Assembly: GCA_964016885.1 (NCBI GenBank)
Contig: OZ024743.1
Coordinates: 335,606,001-335,670,000, forward strand
Origin: Eledone cirrhosa
Taxonomy: Eukaryota
DNA length: 64,000 nucleotides
Reading direction: 5' to 3'
Made by a program: the position numbers and the translations under genes. Below the pieces are notes generated by a model that worked only from the letters and a program-made list of their open reading frames with translations, ran no database searches and was not told the origin of the DNA. Positions 11,966-26,368 of the stretch are shown here, piece after piece (the first letter of the stretch is position 1; each line of letters starts with the position of its first letter).

Positions 11966-12150
11966 TGTTTCTACTTTAGGCACAAGGCCAGCAATTACCC
12001 AGTGCATTACTGGTACTTTATTTTATCGACCCCGTATTTGTGAAAGGCAAAGTCAACCTCGGCGGGATTTGAACTCAGATCGTAAAGGGACGTAACTATA
12101 CTGGAAAGCATGGCGTCCGACCCTCAACCGATACTGCCAATCCACCGCCC
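11966..12150 (-). mobile_element. tRNA-derived SINE, family A, internally shortened, with 15-bp TSD
   Basis: Homologous to 29-250; TCTTGTTATAATAAT at 11951-11965 and 12151-12165. Confidence 0.85.
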
Positions 12151-12769
12151 TCTTGTTATAATAATCAGTCTGTTTCCGGAGATATCACACCTCTTCATCT
12201 TCAATGATTATAGATATTCCGTTCACTTACACCTTTCTTCAAGATTTTACATCGTGGGGGTGGACTTTACCTAGAATTCAAACAGACAGGCTTGCCTCGC
12301 ACTGTCTCGCTGAATTACTCTGAGGATTACGTTAAGTATACATGTGTTATGTAATGTTTAAATTCATGTGCAGGCTGTTCCGTTGATCGAAACCATTTGT
12401 AGATCCATTCCATTGCTTGTTTCAACTCGCATCATCATCTCTTTTGTCGTATTACATCTTTCAGCTTGTTTCCTGGGAGTTACGTTGTATTAGCTGCTTT
12501 AAATTGTATTATTTGCGAATTACAGTCACTATATCATTATTAATTTAAACAGACAAAGGAGATACTTAAAAGTGGAGTGTAAAATAGAAAGAATTGAATA
12601 CAGAATAAAGAAAATAGACGTTCATTCAATATTCTGCCCTGGAATTAGTTCAACGATAAGAGCTCCTTAAGAGAAAGTATGAAGGCATCGCCTGTCTTTT
12701 TACGTCAGTATTTATATGCAAACGATATATCGCGTCACCATCTTACTTGAACTTCTCTTTATAGGATTA

Positions 12770-13676
12770 CTAGCAGTAAAGCCCGGCGTTGCTCGGGGTC
12801 GCTCAGTAGCTGTGTTAAAGTTACAATGTTAAGTTTCTTTCTTGGCTTAAAAACTGTAGTGTCTACTGTGCAGACTTGCATGTGGTGTTTTTGATTAATA
12901 TTCCCTCAACCAACAATATGCCTTATGAAGTTAAGAAAACATAACGATAACCCGAATGTTATAACAAAAGAGGATGCTGGGGATAGAAACTGCACTGGTT
13001 ATTTATTAACAAAGATCGAAAATGTAAACACTGCAACGCAGAGAAAAACATTAGCGTAACCAAATTATCAGTTATGTCTGTCTGCACGCCTATATCACCT
13101 CTCTGCACGACTGTCTGTCTGCACGCCTATATCACCTCTCTGCACGACTGTCTGTCTGCACGCCTATATCACCTCTCTGCACGACTGTCTGTCTGCACGC
13201 GTATATCACCTCTCTGCACGACTGTCTGTCTGCACGACTGTCTGTCTGCACGCCTAACGACGAAATATTTGCTTGTTTTACGTAGTCTTTAAATAGACTT
13301 GTTTTCAAGTAAAAATATTGTTTTAAAATGCTTTTAAATGGAAATGAAGCAAAACGGAAGCTTAGTGTTCAACTGTTCGTGTATTGTGTTAATGTCATTT
13401 TAAACGCTGAGAAAGCCAGCGCAATTTTTTACGTAAGACGCTCAATGTAAACAGAACAAAGGGAAATAACTGATAACTTACGCTAAAAAATCGATACATT
13501 ATATTCGATTTCGTCACATAGGGTGGGTCAATTTGAAATTTTTTTTTTCCGATGTCTTCGCTAGGGCTCAATGTACAAGTATAGCAATTTCGGTGCAATT
13601 CCGTCAGAGATTCTAAGAGGAGATGTGTGCCAAAAATCGATAGACAGACAGACAACCACAGTTTTATATATATAGA
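12770..13676 (-). mobile_element. Complete non-autonomous Helitron
   Basis: Minus strand reads A|TCTATATATATAAAAC ... CCCG(AGCAACGC)CGGG hairpin ... CTAG|T: canonical termini, AT target, no TSD. Confidence 0.85.
13075..13255. repeat. 37-bp minisatellite inside the Helitron
   Basis: TGTCTGTCTGCACGCCTATATCACCTCTCTGCACGAC, four full copies plus partial copies. Confidence 0.9.
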
Positions 13677-14199
13677 TGAGCTGTTGTGAGAGTATTCGAG
13701 GTGGATATCAAGAGGTGTGGGTGTCATTTATTGTGTAAGTTAAAAGAACGTTTTATCGATCATACCTCTCTCTCTCTATCTCTCTCTCCCTCTCTCTCTC
13801 TGTCTTTCTTTCTTTCTCTCTCGCCCTCTCTTTCTCTCTATATTATCCTCGGAATGACTGATTATTCCTTACGAGTACAAAATGTTATTGTTACTGCTTT
13901 AACAATAGAGGACAAAACGGAACATTTTTCATAAAGAAAATGCAGAGAGATTAATATCTTAAAAGTAACCAATATATGACAAAACACTGTTTTGCAATAC
14001 TGGAATCACCTTTCATATGCCCAGCCAATGCATTAATTGAAAAAATAATGGATAGCGGTAAGAGCCACCGAGTCTTTTCAAATATTGCATGTCACCATTA
14101 TTCCTGTGGATATCGGATATTATTAAAACCGTATATTTGACATAATCATCTAACATTTCAGCATTCGCTTAGCTAATTCAAACATTTTGCTGGCCATTA

Positions 14200-15375
14200 T
14201 TTTGGTTGTTGCTATTGCTATTGTTGTTGTTGCTACTGTTGTTGATGATGCTATTGCTTTTGTTGCTGCAATTGTTGTTGTTGTTGCTCCTATTGCTGTT
14301 GTTACTATTGTTGTTGTTGTTGCTACTGTTATTGATGATGCTATTGCTTTTGTTGCTGTTATTGCTGTTTTTGTTGATGCTATTGATATTGTAGCAGCTA
14401 TTGCTGTTGTTGCTGCTATTGCTGTTGTTGTTGCTATTGATGTTATTGCTATTGCTGTTGTTGCTGCTATTGCTGTTGATGCTATTGCAGTTGTTGCTGC
14501 TATTGCTGTTGTTGCTGTTATTGCTGTTGTTGCTGCTATTGCTGTTGATGATGATATTGCTGTTGCTGCTATTTTTCTGTTGTGGTTGCTATTGCTGTTG
14601 TTGCTATTGCTGTTGTTTCTGCTATTGCTGTTGATGCTATTGCAGTTGTTGCTGCTATTGTTGTTGTTGCTGTTATTGCTGTTGTTGCTGCTATTGATGT
14701 TGTTGCTGCTATTGCTGTTGCTGCTGTTGCTGTTGTTGATGCTATTGCTGTTGTTGTTGCTATTGCTGTTGTTGCTGCTATTGCTGTTGTTGATGCTATT
14801 GCTGTTGTTGCTGCTATTGTTGTTGTTGATGCTATTGCTGTTGTTGATGCTATTGCTGTTGTTGATGCTATTGCTGTTGTTGATGCTATTGCTGTTGTTG
14901 ATGTTATTGTTGTTGTTGCTGCGATTGTTATTGTTGCTGCTATTGCTGTTGTTAATGCTATTGCTGTTGTTGTTGCTATTGCTGTTGTTGCTGCTATTGC
15001 TGTTGTGGCTGCTATTGTTGTTGCTGATATTGCTGTTGATGCTATTGCTGTTGTTGATGCGATTGTTGTTGTTGCTATTGCTGTTGTTGCTGATATTGCT
15101 GTTGTTCATGCTATTGCTGTTGATGATATTGCTGATGTTGATGCTATTGTTGTTGTTGCTATTGCTGTTGTTCCTGCTATTGCTGTTGTGGCTGCTATTG
15201 CTGTTGCTGCTATTGCTGTTGCTGCTATTGCTGTTGTTGCTGCTATCGCTGTTGATGCTATGGCTGATTTAAATATTGCTGTTGTTGATAATATTGCTGT
15301 TATTGCTATTGTTGTTGTTAATGCTGTTGTTGTTCTTGATATTATTGTTCTTATCGTTGTGGTTGCTATTGCTGT
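14200..15375. repeat. Degenerate trinucleotide array (GTT/GCT/ATT/GAT)
   Basis: Read directly; produces spurious poly-L, AIAVV and poly-N/S ORFs. Confidence 0.9.
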
Positions 15376-15437
15376 TAAGACTACATTTTTTTTATTTTGA
15401 TGTTGTTGACGTCGTCGTCATAGTTATTGTTGTTTAT

Positions 15438-16927
15438 GTTATTGCTGGTGGTGTCAGTGATGGTGGGGATGGTAGCTATGGTGATGTAGCTGGTAGCAAC
15501 ATGATTGCTATTGTTGTTATTGCTGGTGGTGATGGTAGCTATGGTGATGTAGCTGGTAGTAACATGATTGCTATTGTTGTTATTGCTGGTGGTGATGGTA
15601 GCTATGGTGATGTAGCTGGTAGTAACATGATTGCTATTGTTGTTATTGCTGGTGGTGTCAGTGATGGTGGGGATGGTAGCTATGGTGATATAGCTGGTAG
15701 TAACACGATTGCTATTGTTGTTATTGCTGGTGGGGATGGTAGCTATGGTGATGTAGCTGGTAGTAACTTGATTGCTATTGTTGTTGTTGCTGGTGGTGTT
15801 AGTGATGGTGGGGATGGTAGCTATGGTGATGTAGCTGGTAGTAACATGATTGCTATTGTTGTTATTGCTGGTGGTGATGGTAGCTATGGTGATGTGGCTG
15901 GTAGCAACATGATTGCTATTGTTGTTATTGCTGGTGGGGATGGTAGCTATGGTGATATAGCTGGTAGTAACACGGTTGCTATTGTTGTTATTGCTGGTGG
16001 TGATGGTAGCTATGGTGATGTAGCTGGTAGCAACATGATTGCTATTGTTGTTATTGCTGGTGGGGATGGTAGCTATGGTGATATAGCTGGTAGTAACACG
16101 ATTGCTATTGTTGTTATTGCTGGTGGGGATGGTAGCTATGGTGATATAGCTGGTAGTAACATGATTGCTATTGTTGTTATTGCTGGTGGTGTCAGTGATG
16201 GTGGAGTTGGTAGCTATGGTGATGTAGCTGGTAGTAACATGATTGCTATTGTTGTTATTGCTGGTGGTGTCAGTGATGGTGGGGATGGTAGCTATGGTGA
16301 TGTAGCTGGTAGTAACACGATTGCTATTGTTGTTATTGCTGGTGGTGATGGTAGCTATGGTGATGTAGCTGGTAGCAACATGATTGCTATTGTTGTTATT
16401 GCTGGTGGGGATGGTAGCTATGGTGATATAGCTGGTAGTAACACGATTGCTATTGTTGTTATTGCTGGTGGGGATGGTAGCTATGGTGATATAGCTGGTA
16501 GTAACATGATTGCTATTGTTGTTATTGCTGGTGGTGTCAGTGATGGTGGAGTTGGTAGCTATGGTGATGTAGCTGGTAGTAACATGATTGCTATTGTTGT
16601 TATTGCTGGTGGTGTCAGTGATGGTGGGGATGGTAGCTATGGTGATGTAGCTGGTAGTAACATGATTGTTATTGTTGTTATTGCTGGTGGTGTCAGTGAT
16701 GGTGGGGATGGTAGCTATGGTGATGTAGCTGGTAGTAACATGATTGCTATTGTTGTTATAGCTGGTGGTGTCAGTGATGGTGGGGATGGTAGCTATGGTG
16801 ATGTAGCTGGTAGTAACATGATTACTATCGTTGTTATTGCTGGTGGTGTCAGTGATGGTGGGGATGGTAGCTATGGTGATGTAGCTGCTAGGAACATGAT
16901 TGCTATTGTTGTTATTGCTGGTGGTGT
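15438..16927. repeat. Short array of the 78/63-bp satellite
   Basis: Mix of 78-bp units and 63-bp units lacking a 15-bp segment; ends abruptly at the duplication junction. Confidence 0.95.
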
Positions 16928-16932
16928 AACAT

Positions 16933-17806
16933 AACTGTAAAAGTAAAACTAGAAACGTAGTCTATAGCATAAGATGTACAGAGGGTACTTGCAGAAACAT
17001 GACAACAACATACATAGGCGAGACAGCTCGTAGCATAGGTGAAAGGATAGACCAACACTGGGGGGAACTAAAAGGACGAAAAAACGGGCCAGTACTATAC
17101 GAACATGCCAGACAACAACACGACGGTAACATATACAACATAGAAATTAGAATAATATCTAAACATAGAAATGACCCAGCAGATAGGCAAATCAGAGAGG
17201 CCAGTGAAATAGAACTTAGAAGGCCAAGGCTAAACAGAAAGAATGAATGGAATAACAACAACACCCAAACAAACAACACTGACCTAAGAGAAGTATAAAT
17301 AAATAAATAGATAAATAAATAAATAAATACATACACATGCACAATAACAACAAACACATATAAACACACATTAGTAAAGATAGAATACATTAACCAATAC
17401 ACAGTCACCCAATCACGAACACACATGAAACAAAACAGTATGCACACACGTAAACGCATGCGCAAAGAAGACAAAATAAAATAAACAAATAAATAAATAT
17501 ATAAACAGACTAAATAAAGATGGCGTAGAAAATACAATGTAACGGGAGGAAACAATAGCACCACTGACGATGTTGCAGATGTGCAACGAAAGAACTTTGA
17601 TAAACTATATATATATGATTGTATCTATATTGTATCTGTATTATTTTTGACCGCTGGTCAGTCAATGGCAACATTGAGGACCGAATAAATTAGATTACCG
17701 ATATAAAAGACACAGAAGTGAAAAGCGAAAACCAACCAAACAGTGAGTGTGTTCTGTTATTAATTCTGGCAATATTACACAAATATGACCCTCCCCAAGT
17801 ATAACA
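16933..17806 (+). mobile_element. Duplicate of the PLE fragment (GIY-YIG remnant to 17298; HHR 17560-17601)
   Basis: Near-identical to 467-1340. Confidence 0.8.
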
Positions 17807-18049
17807 ATATATATATTTGAAAAGAGGAAAAGAATGACTTCACTTCTAGTTCTAAACAATTTGATTTAATTTTATAATATAATATTACTAGTTGGTAGAT
17901 CTAGTAAGTTGTTTGTTAACTTCGGTGGGAAGATGTTTCAAGATTCCTGGTTGACTTTCATGGAAAACTTTCTCGTATTCGTCGGCGGCGATTGTCAATC
18001 TGAGATCAGGTTGTGTTGTGATGTATGTGTGGGTGTATAGAGAGAGATT

Positions 18050-18155
<106 letters not shown>

Positions 18156-18168
18156 TGTGTCTGTGTGC

Positions 18169-18221
<53 letters not shown>

Positions 18222-18681
18222 AAATACTTTTATTAAAATGCTATTGAAGTGTGATTACATTTTTGGGGGACACCCTGTATATATATTACATTCACACAAA
18301 CACACACACATAACAAAAGAGACAGGTTTTGTTTCCGATTCATTTTCAGTATCTTTTCTTGTCAGGAAATTCGGTTTTCCAACGTTTTATGAAATATGAA
18401 CTTATTAATCAGGTCCTTTTGTGTAGAGAAATTACTTTCTGTAACCAGTCGTTCATACCTGCTCCAGGAACGGATCTCCGTCTGTTGTGAAGATGTGTGC
18501 TCCATTTGTTCGATAAATATAACAGCGAACTCTTGAAATAAAGGTGTAAGTGATTCAAGAATTCCACAAGCACGTGTACCCTTAACGTAGATAATGAACA
18601 TGGATATTAAGGGGCAATATTACCAGGAATATTATGTTCCGGTCCGGTTTGTGTCTGCTACTGGTACCATGTAACACAGTA

Positions 18682-19090
18682 CATCCTGATCCATAGTCTA
18701 GTGGTCGGTGACTAAACCGGCTCCCTCACCAGACCCTTCTCTGGTTAGGTCAGGCTTCTGCCTGCTATTGTCACCATGTTATCCAGTACAACCTGCTTCA
18801 TGGTCAACTGGTCTTCGACTAAACTGGCTCCCTCACCAGACCCTGGTTTGGTGAGAAGGGTAAGTGGAACTACAGCAGCAACAAATACAAGAGCTGTTAA
18901 GGGGTGGGTAAACTCCTTACCATCCATCCAACTATGGGTTTAAAAGCCTCACCAACCCGTAATTAGCCAAGCATGGTGAGTACTGCTATACTTCTGATAC
19001 CACCAAAACCGAACATAAAGTGGTGGAAGTCAACCAGGGAGGGGATCCTCCAACAGGAATGAGAACGGCCTGTGTGCGATTGGATTGAGG
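18682..19090. mobile_element. Duplicate of the TSD-flanked insertion
   Basis: GTAACACAGTA at 18671-18681 and 19091-19101. Confidence 0.6.
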
Positions 19091-19587
19091 GTAACACAGT
19101 AAGTAATAAAGCTAGTCCATTGAATTATAGGTATAGTCCATCCGACAGAATTCCAAACAGTTTCACAAGGCATGGTTTAACTAGAAACTTTGGTAAATGA
19201 CAGTCTTCCAAGATGCCACACAATAGTATGAAACGTAGGACCTTATGATTGCGGAGAGAAGTTCTTAACCATTCAACCATGCTGCCTCAACACACCTGCT
19301 CGTAAAATACTAATTCTCACAGAGAAACGGTGCTGTGTGCCTTTTAAATTTCTGTGCAGCCTTTCTTATATACTCTTCCATCTTTTCTTATCCAATAGAA
19401 AAGGCCTAGGCAAATAACTCAGGTACAGCATAGTGAGTTCTTTTAACACAATCTGTAACGTGAAAGAAAGTTAATGATTGATAAATCTATTTCATCCAGA
19501 TACGTACATAATTTCATATCATATTTAAATCGACTTATAACTATGGAAGGTGCATGACTTCGTGGTTATATCGTCTTCTTTATGAAT

Positions 19588-19726
19588 GCGCATGGTTTAG
19601 TGGTTAGAGCATTGGGATTGCAATCGAAAGGTTGTGAGTTCAATTCTCGGGCCGGGTGATGTGTTGTTTCCTTGAGCAAGACACTTTATTTCACGTTGCT
19701 CCAGTTTACTCAGCTGTAGAAATGAG
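19588..19726 (+). mobile_element. Duplicate SINE, family B
   Basis: Matches 3067-3205. Confidence 0.75.
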
Positions 19727-21469
19727 ATGATAGGGACTGGGGTCCCTATCATTGAATTACCTAAGACACCTCCAAGGCCAACTAAACCTGCAGAGGTTTG
19801 AGCTGTTACACACATACACTTTATGAATGTATTTATGTATTTTTCGAACTATTGCACACATGCATACACCAACACATAGCCTTTAATCTTTTTATTCTAT
19901 CATCAATAGCCTTATAGTAGGTAATTAATTTAATAAATATATTGAAGTAGCGATTTTGTTTTTATTTCATTACCTATTTGATCAGGATAAATCACTTACC
20001 CAAGGAATCATCATATCATCATTATAATGAATATTGCGGCCCAATTATACGCCCGTATCTCTGGTCACATACGCTCATATATCTTCTTTTACCTACACGT
20101 TACACAACAGTTCCAGCATCACAAAGTAATCATCAAGTAAACTCTGGCAGCTTGTCTTTGTCTTCCATCCTTTAAACATTTTTCTCTTTCCTCTTTTGAT
20201 TCTTGGCCGCTTCGGGTTGCATTTTGTTGCCGTAATTATTCTGACTGTTTTTTCTTTGCCTCTCGAGACTGATTGGCCTTGCGTACAGCAGCCCTCTTTC
20301 GGTCGCTTTCATGTCTCTGCTGTAGTTGTGCAGGGGCCTCCAGTGCCCTTGCTCTGGCTATCTGTATTTGCCTTTGCTGCTCTGTAGTGAGTGAATGAAT
20401 AAGTGAGTGAGAGAGAGAAGAGTGAGAGAAGTTGCTCTCTTTCTTTTTTTCTGCCGTCACACATACAGACATATAGTCACACAAATACACGCATGTAAAT
20501 TCACACAATCACACACATATATTCACACGAACACTCACACATATACACTCACGCAGAGCGTGGAAAAGGTTGGAAGTCTGTTGGCTGTTTTTGTCGTAGT
20601 TCATTCACCACCCTTCCTCTCTTTTACGCACACATACATTCAGACACATACATACATACTCACACAGGGGTGAAACCCTGTTTGATTAGTTTTTCGGCTC
20701 TCTTTGAATTACTTCTACTCCGATATTGTATGTGGGTGTATATATATATATATGTGTGTGTGTGTGTGGCGTGTGTGTGTGTGTATGTGTGTATGTATGA
20801 GTGTGTGTGTATGTACTTATGCGTATGTGTATGCATGTATATCATAATATAATAAAGGAAGCAGTGCGGGACTGCGTCCTGAATATATTTTTTTTTAGCC
20901 AGTTTGTAAAATAAGTTGGATTACTTTGAATAAATAAAGAATGAATATAACATAATTTATGTAATAAATTTCGTAACTCTTCATTAAATATAAATCATTT
21001 TATTGCTTAATTCAAGATTCAATTCTTTAAAAATTTCCAAATGTCAATACTTCCGGTTATGATATAATGGACTCTATAGGATATCGCTTATATAAACGTT
21101 CATATATTTGCATCGTTATATCAAAACGTTTATAGTTCCGTCGCTAATTTTCTCCTTTTTCGTTTTCATAACATTTCACCGTAGTGCAGTTTATATATAA
21201 TATCTTCTTTTTTAAAATGTATCATGGATTACTTTACTGATTACAGTAGAAAGTGTAACAGTCTCTCTTCAATTTCTGTGCATATTCCCAATTACGATTT
21301 TATTTGACGTATCATATATCCATGCATATATATTTACGTATAATATCAATATGCAAACTACACATGCTAGCAGAAAATCACCCGAGGTTGATTTTTCTGC
21401 TAGTGTATATAAGCATATGTATGTGTGTTGTATATATATTTATACACATATATATATATATGTACATGC

Positions 21470-21555
<86 letters not shown>

Positions 21556-21631
21556 ATATATATATATATATTTCGTTTCTGAATTTGTTTAGCAAGATAC
21601 TTTATCTGAAAACATGTGTTGAAACCGATAG

Positions 21632-22711
21632 TGTTATACTTTGGGAGGGTCATGTTGCCAATAAGAAACACACGCACCAGTTTCTTTCACTTCAATGTTA
21701 TTATAATAAATTTATAAATATAGGAATTTATAAATTTCCGGTTGGTAGGTTGGTTCCACAACCAGGTCATTGTTTATATATTGTCAAAGTTCTTTCGTCA
21801 TACATTCTGTGACCTCTTCAGTGACTGGGGATTCTTTTCTTTGTTTTTGTGCCTCTCCTTTGTTCTGTCCTACGCCATCTTGTTTTTGTGTGTGTGTGTT
21901 GTGTGTTTAGTTTTCGCATGTGTTACATCCGGGTGTCTGTGTGTGTTTATATTCGTTTATGTATTTGTTTATTTACATGTTACTGGTTGGTTGTTTGTTC
22001 TATGTGCGTGTGTGTTTTCATTTTGTCCTTAATTGTAAGTTGTGATGTTGTTCCACTCATGTTTTCTATTTAATTTTGGTTGGAGTTCATTTATGTTTAT
22101 TGCCTCTGTGATTTGTCTAAACATTGCGTCTTTTCTGTGTGTAGATTCTATTTTTATTTCTATGTTCTCTAATTTACCCTTATGTTCTATTTTAGCATGT
22201 TGGTAGAGTACAGATGATTCTTTACTATCTTGAAGGTCTCGCCAGTGTTCATTTATCCGTTCCCCTACACTACGAGCTGTCTCACCTATGTACACTATAT
22301 TTTTATCTCTACATTGTCCTTCATTACATCTTATGCTATATACTACATTTCTAGTTTTATGTAACCAACCAGTGACATGTAAATAAACAAATAAATAAAT
22401 GAATATAAACACACACAGACACCCGGGTGTAACACATGCGCAAACTAAGCACACAACACACACACAAAAACAAGATGGCGTAGGACAGAACAAAGGAGAG
22501 GCACAAAAACAAAGAAAAAAATCGCCAGTCACTGAAGAGGTCACATAATGTGTCACGAAAGAACTTTGACAATATATAAACAATCATCTGGTTGTGGAAC
22601 CAACCAACCGGAAATTTATAAATTCCTAAATTTATGAATTTATTATAATAAATTGAAGTGAAACTGCTGGTGCGTGTGTTTCTTATTGGCAACATGACCC
22701 TCCCAAAGTAT

Positions 22712-22715
<4 letters not shown>
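21632..22715 (-). mobile_element. Duplicate PLE with inverted pLTRs (HHRs at 21783-21825 minus and 22528-22570 plus; endonuclease 22029-22358)
   Basis: Near-identical to 5107-6190. Confidence 0.85.
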
Positions 22716-22761
<46 letters not shown>

Positions 22762-22838
22762 CGAAGGAAGTGTGGTAAGTAATCAGGTGGACCATAACAC
22801 ACCAAAGTACTCGATACTGGGTAGTAGAGTGGGTAATG

Positions 22839-22958
22839 GGAAAAGAGTCAGAACCTCGACGGCAGAGCTCCAACTGTTTCGACAGCTAGGTCTCAACTCA
22901 GTTTAGACCTATCTGTCGAAACGGCTGGAGCACAGCCGTCGGGGTACCTGTCTCTTTT

Positions 22959-22960
<2 letters not shown>
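22839..22960. repeat. Duplicate fold-back inverted repeat
   Basis: Matches 6324-6445. Confidence 0.85.
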
Positions 22961-23007
<47 letters not shown>

Positions 23008-23381
23008 GTAAGTATGTATACGTACATACATATATGTATACAGACAACATGTATACAGTTTTATGTATATATATATACATACACACATATATATATGTAC
23101 GTATGGGTTTACCAAACATTTATTATAATGTTCGGTTTGTTTGTAAACAAACAGCCCGAGTTAAGCCGTACAGTGTTCGGCAACCATCGTTGCCCTTTTG
23201 TTCAACACTGACAAAGGAACGATGAACTAGTTTCAAGCTTATTAGCTATCGTCAGCATTGTATACCAGCCTTTCAGATGATTGAACGTTTGAAATTATAT
23301 ACTTTCCTTGTGTGTGTCCAAATATAAGATAACAAAACCATATATATATCCTGTTATATTTTCATTGTTTGAATCCTTATT

Positions 23382-24251
23382 TTTTTATGATTAAACGTGT
23401 TCCGTTGCATAGTTCTGGTGCATCCAGGTTTCTCGGCAGCATAACTGGCACACCAACCTTCAGTTTCAGATCTTGAGGAGGAAGTCCTGGAGGTAGTTGA
23501 CTGTTGAGGAATTCAATTGGGTAGATGACGGCGTCGGCCGCGTTTTTATTGGTGTCAATCGATTGAAGGAGACTTCATTTCCGGGAATCTGATCGAGTAG
23601 ATTTTGGTTCATCACGTCAACGGTTCATCACGTCAACAGTGGCATTGTGTGGTGCCAAAATAGCTCTCCCTTTCAGCTAGGTATGATCATGGAATCGTGA
23701 TTCAAGGTCTGGAAATACAGATGACATTAATTCGTCAATGTTTGACACAAAGTTCCCAAAAGGCAAACGGATATGCTCTTCATCCACTCCAGGTGTAGTT
23801 CCATTACCAACTTCCAGTAGATTTTTAGACAAATCAATGGATTTTTGCGTCACCATGCACATGCATTCTCATGTTGGTAGTCAGATGTAGTTTGTGGACA
23901 TACTGCCATATGTAGGACGACTTGATGCATGCGTTCACTTCGTCAGCTCTAGTGTCTCTAGTGATAACAGGAAGATTCTGTCGGAAATCGCCAACCAGCA
24001 GTACTGTCGCTCCACCCATGACGCGTGAGTCCTGACGCAAGTCCTTGAGAGTTCGATTCAGAGCCTCAAAGGCCGCCTTGTGACTCGTGGTAGCCTCGTC
24101 CCATATGATCAGGTAACACTCAGAAAGAAGATGTGCGATCTATTCTACATGTAGGATTCTCCTTCTTTGCAATGTCCAAAGGCAATTTGAATGCGGAGTG
24201 TGCCGTACGACAGCCATGTAACAGTGTCGCCGCAATACCACTGGAGGCATA
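23382..24251 (-). pseudogene. Duplicate Helitron PIF1 helicase remnant
   Basis: Matches 6885-7757 apart from a 3-bp indel (RDTRAD versus RDTTRAD). Confidence 0.9.
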
Positions 24252-24980
24252 CTATAGAAGCAGTGTAAAATTATTTTAGGTTAAATATTGAACCACTGAG
24301 AGCACGTAGTCGTTTCAATAAAAAGTTGCATTAAAAAAGGGCGGCACTGAATGTAAAATGCTAAGCTAAAAGCGAAAACCTAATGTCATTGTTTACGTAT
24401 AATGAATTGAAAATGCTTCACTATGAGATGGATATGAAAGTATTTTAGGTTAAATAGTATAGGGAGGTGTGTAGGATACATAATACATACATACATACAC
24501 ACACACAACGCTCAGCTTTATATAAGTATAGTGTGTATGTGTGTGTGTTATGCGAGCGACGACAGGTCAAAGATATATAACACGTTACTGAAAGTTAACT
24601 AAAGTTTGATGGTCCCTCTCTGTCTCTCTCTCTCTCTCAATATCTAACACTTTAATTGTATCTCTCTCTCTGTCTAACGGCCTATCTCTCTCTGCAGTGT
24701 TGTCATATAGGGAGTGAAGAGCGACAGAGAGATTAAAGCAGTTAAATTATAGAGAGGGGGAATGAGCTATTATAGAGAGAGGGAAGAGCGACGGAGAGAG
24801 TAATATCGATAGAAAAAGACCGTTTTGGGGCCCTAGAGACCGCATTTTTCAATGTAGAGAACCCCAAGTAAACCTGTCGCATCCTCGGCACCTTGTACAT
24901 TAATGTGTAAATTTCCATGACAATCAGAGCATTGCTACTACCCATTTGCCTGTATCAGACAATTTTCGCCCATTTCACAT

Positions 24981-25030
<50 letters not shown>

Positions 25031-26081
25031 TACATATATATATATATGCATACCCCCGGCCCTCCCCCAACTAACAATACTAACATGTCCAGCCCTCCCC
25101 CATACACACGCGCACCCCCCACAAACACACACACACCAGTACACTACACTCCCTCCTCCGTCCCCAACACCTTTTCTCTCTCTCTCCCTCTCCCCGCTCC
25201 ACCTACACCCCTCCACACACACACATCCCACTAATACCTCTACTAATATACCCCCACCCCTCACATCTCCACTTTCCCCCTCTTTTCACACCTACCCATC
25301 CTCTCCCCTGTCCACCGCACCTCCGAACACACAGATACACAGTCCTCACCACATACAGACCATTCCTCCACCTGTCATCCTCCTCTATTGCTCTCTCTTC
25401 ACCCTGCCTTGACCTTCTGACCACTTCCTGTTGCGTGCGCACCCCACATCTCTTCACTTCCGACCACCACAACTAACGGATTCCACACCACTGGTCATCG
25501 TTCCAGCTATCCACTCCGTAACATGAAAAATATCCGGCACCCCATCGCACACTCCACGGAACTACCTTAGGAACTTACCCACAAACAAACACTCACATTT
25601 TTTTTCGAACCACGCCACCTACATCCACACCACGTATAAACATCAACACACACGTGCGCACCCCCACATATACACTCTCAGCCTCCGGAATCCACACGCC
25701 CCACCCCCTCTGATCCCTCTCCATGCACACGCACGCACACAGCGACTTACACCCCACCCCACGCACACACCTTTAGCTGAACATGGAACCTCGTTCTACC
25801 CCCAACTCTTACATTCACATACACACACACACACATGTACACCTACACACATACAAAAACACCACCTTCAGCCCTCCCCGCTCGGACCCCCTGCTTCCCT
25901 CTCCCAACTACACCCGCCACCACCCCTACACGCCTCACACCCTTCCAGCACTTGTTTATTTTATGTTTATTTTTACTTTTATTTGTACTTCTTCAATCGT
26001 TTTTCCTCCCTTCCCACCTTTTTCTAAATGTCTTTCCACCACTCCCCCACACATCCTCAGAACCCGCTTCCTACCCACTTT

Positions 26082-26112
26082 TCTCCTGATGAAGGGCTTA
26101 TGCCCGAAACGC
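26082..26112 (+). ncRNA. Duplicate degenerate hammerhead core
   Basis: Matches 9586-9616. Confidence 0.5.
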
Positions 26113-26253
26113 CCCCCTCTCAAAAGCGTGAATCTAATAAACTCTTATTTGTATTGCCTCTCTGTTTTTGTTCCCGTCTAAGTTTTAACTATACATATAT
26201 TCTGATACCATCAACACCATAAACATAGAGCTGGCATATCTAAGAACTAACTA

Positions 26254-26309
26254 ACTGCCTGATGAGGTCATATCCATTCAATGGCTATCATCGAAATATA
26301 TATAGCAGT
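26254..26309 (+). ncRNA. Duplicate complete hammerhead ribozyme
   Basis: Matches 9758-9813. Confidence 0.8.
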
Positions 26310-26368
26310 AAATACAGGATTATGAGTTCATGCAATTGACTTATGTTTCGTCACCATATATATATATA

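Noticed and set aside
14150-15400. Poly-Leu, AIAVV and poly-Asn/Ser ORFs (also 30709-32617)
   Set aside because: Translations of a degenerate triplet array, open in several frames at once and frameshifted between the two copies.
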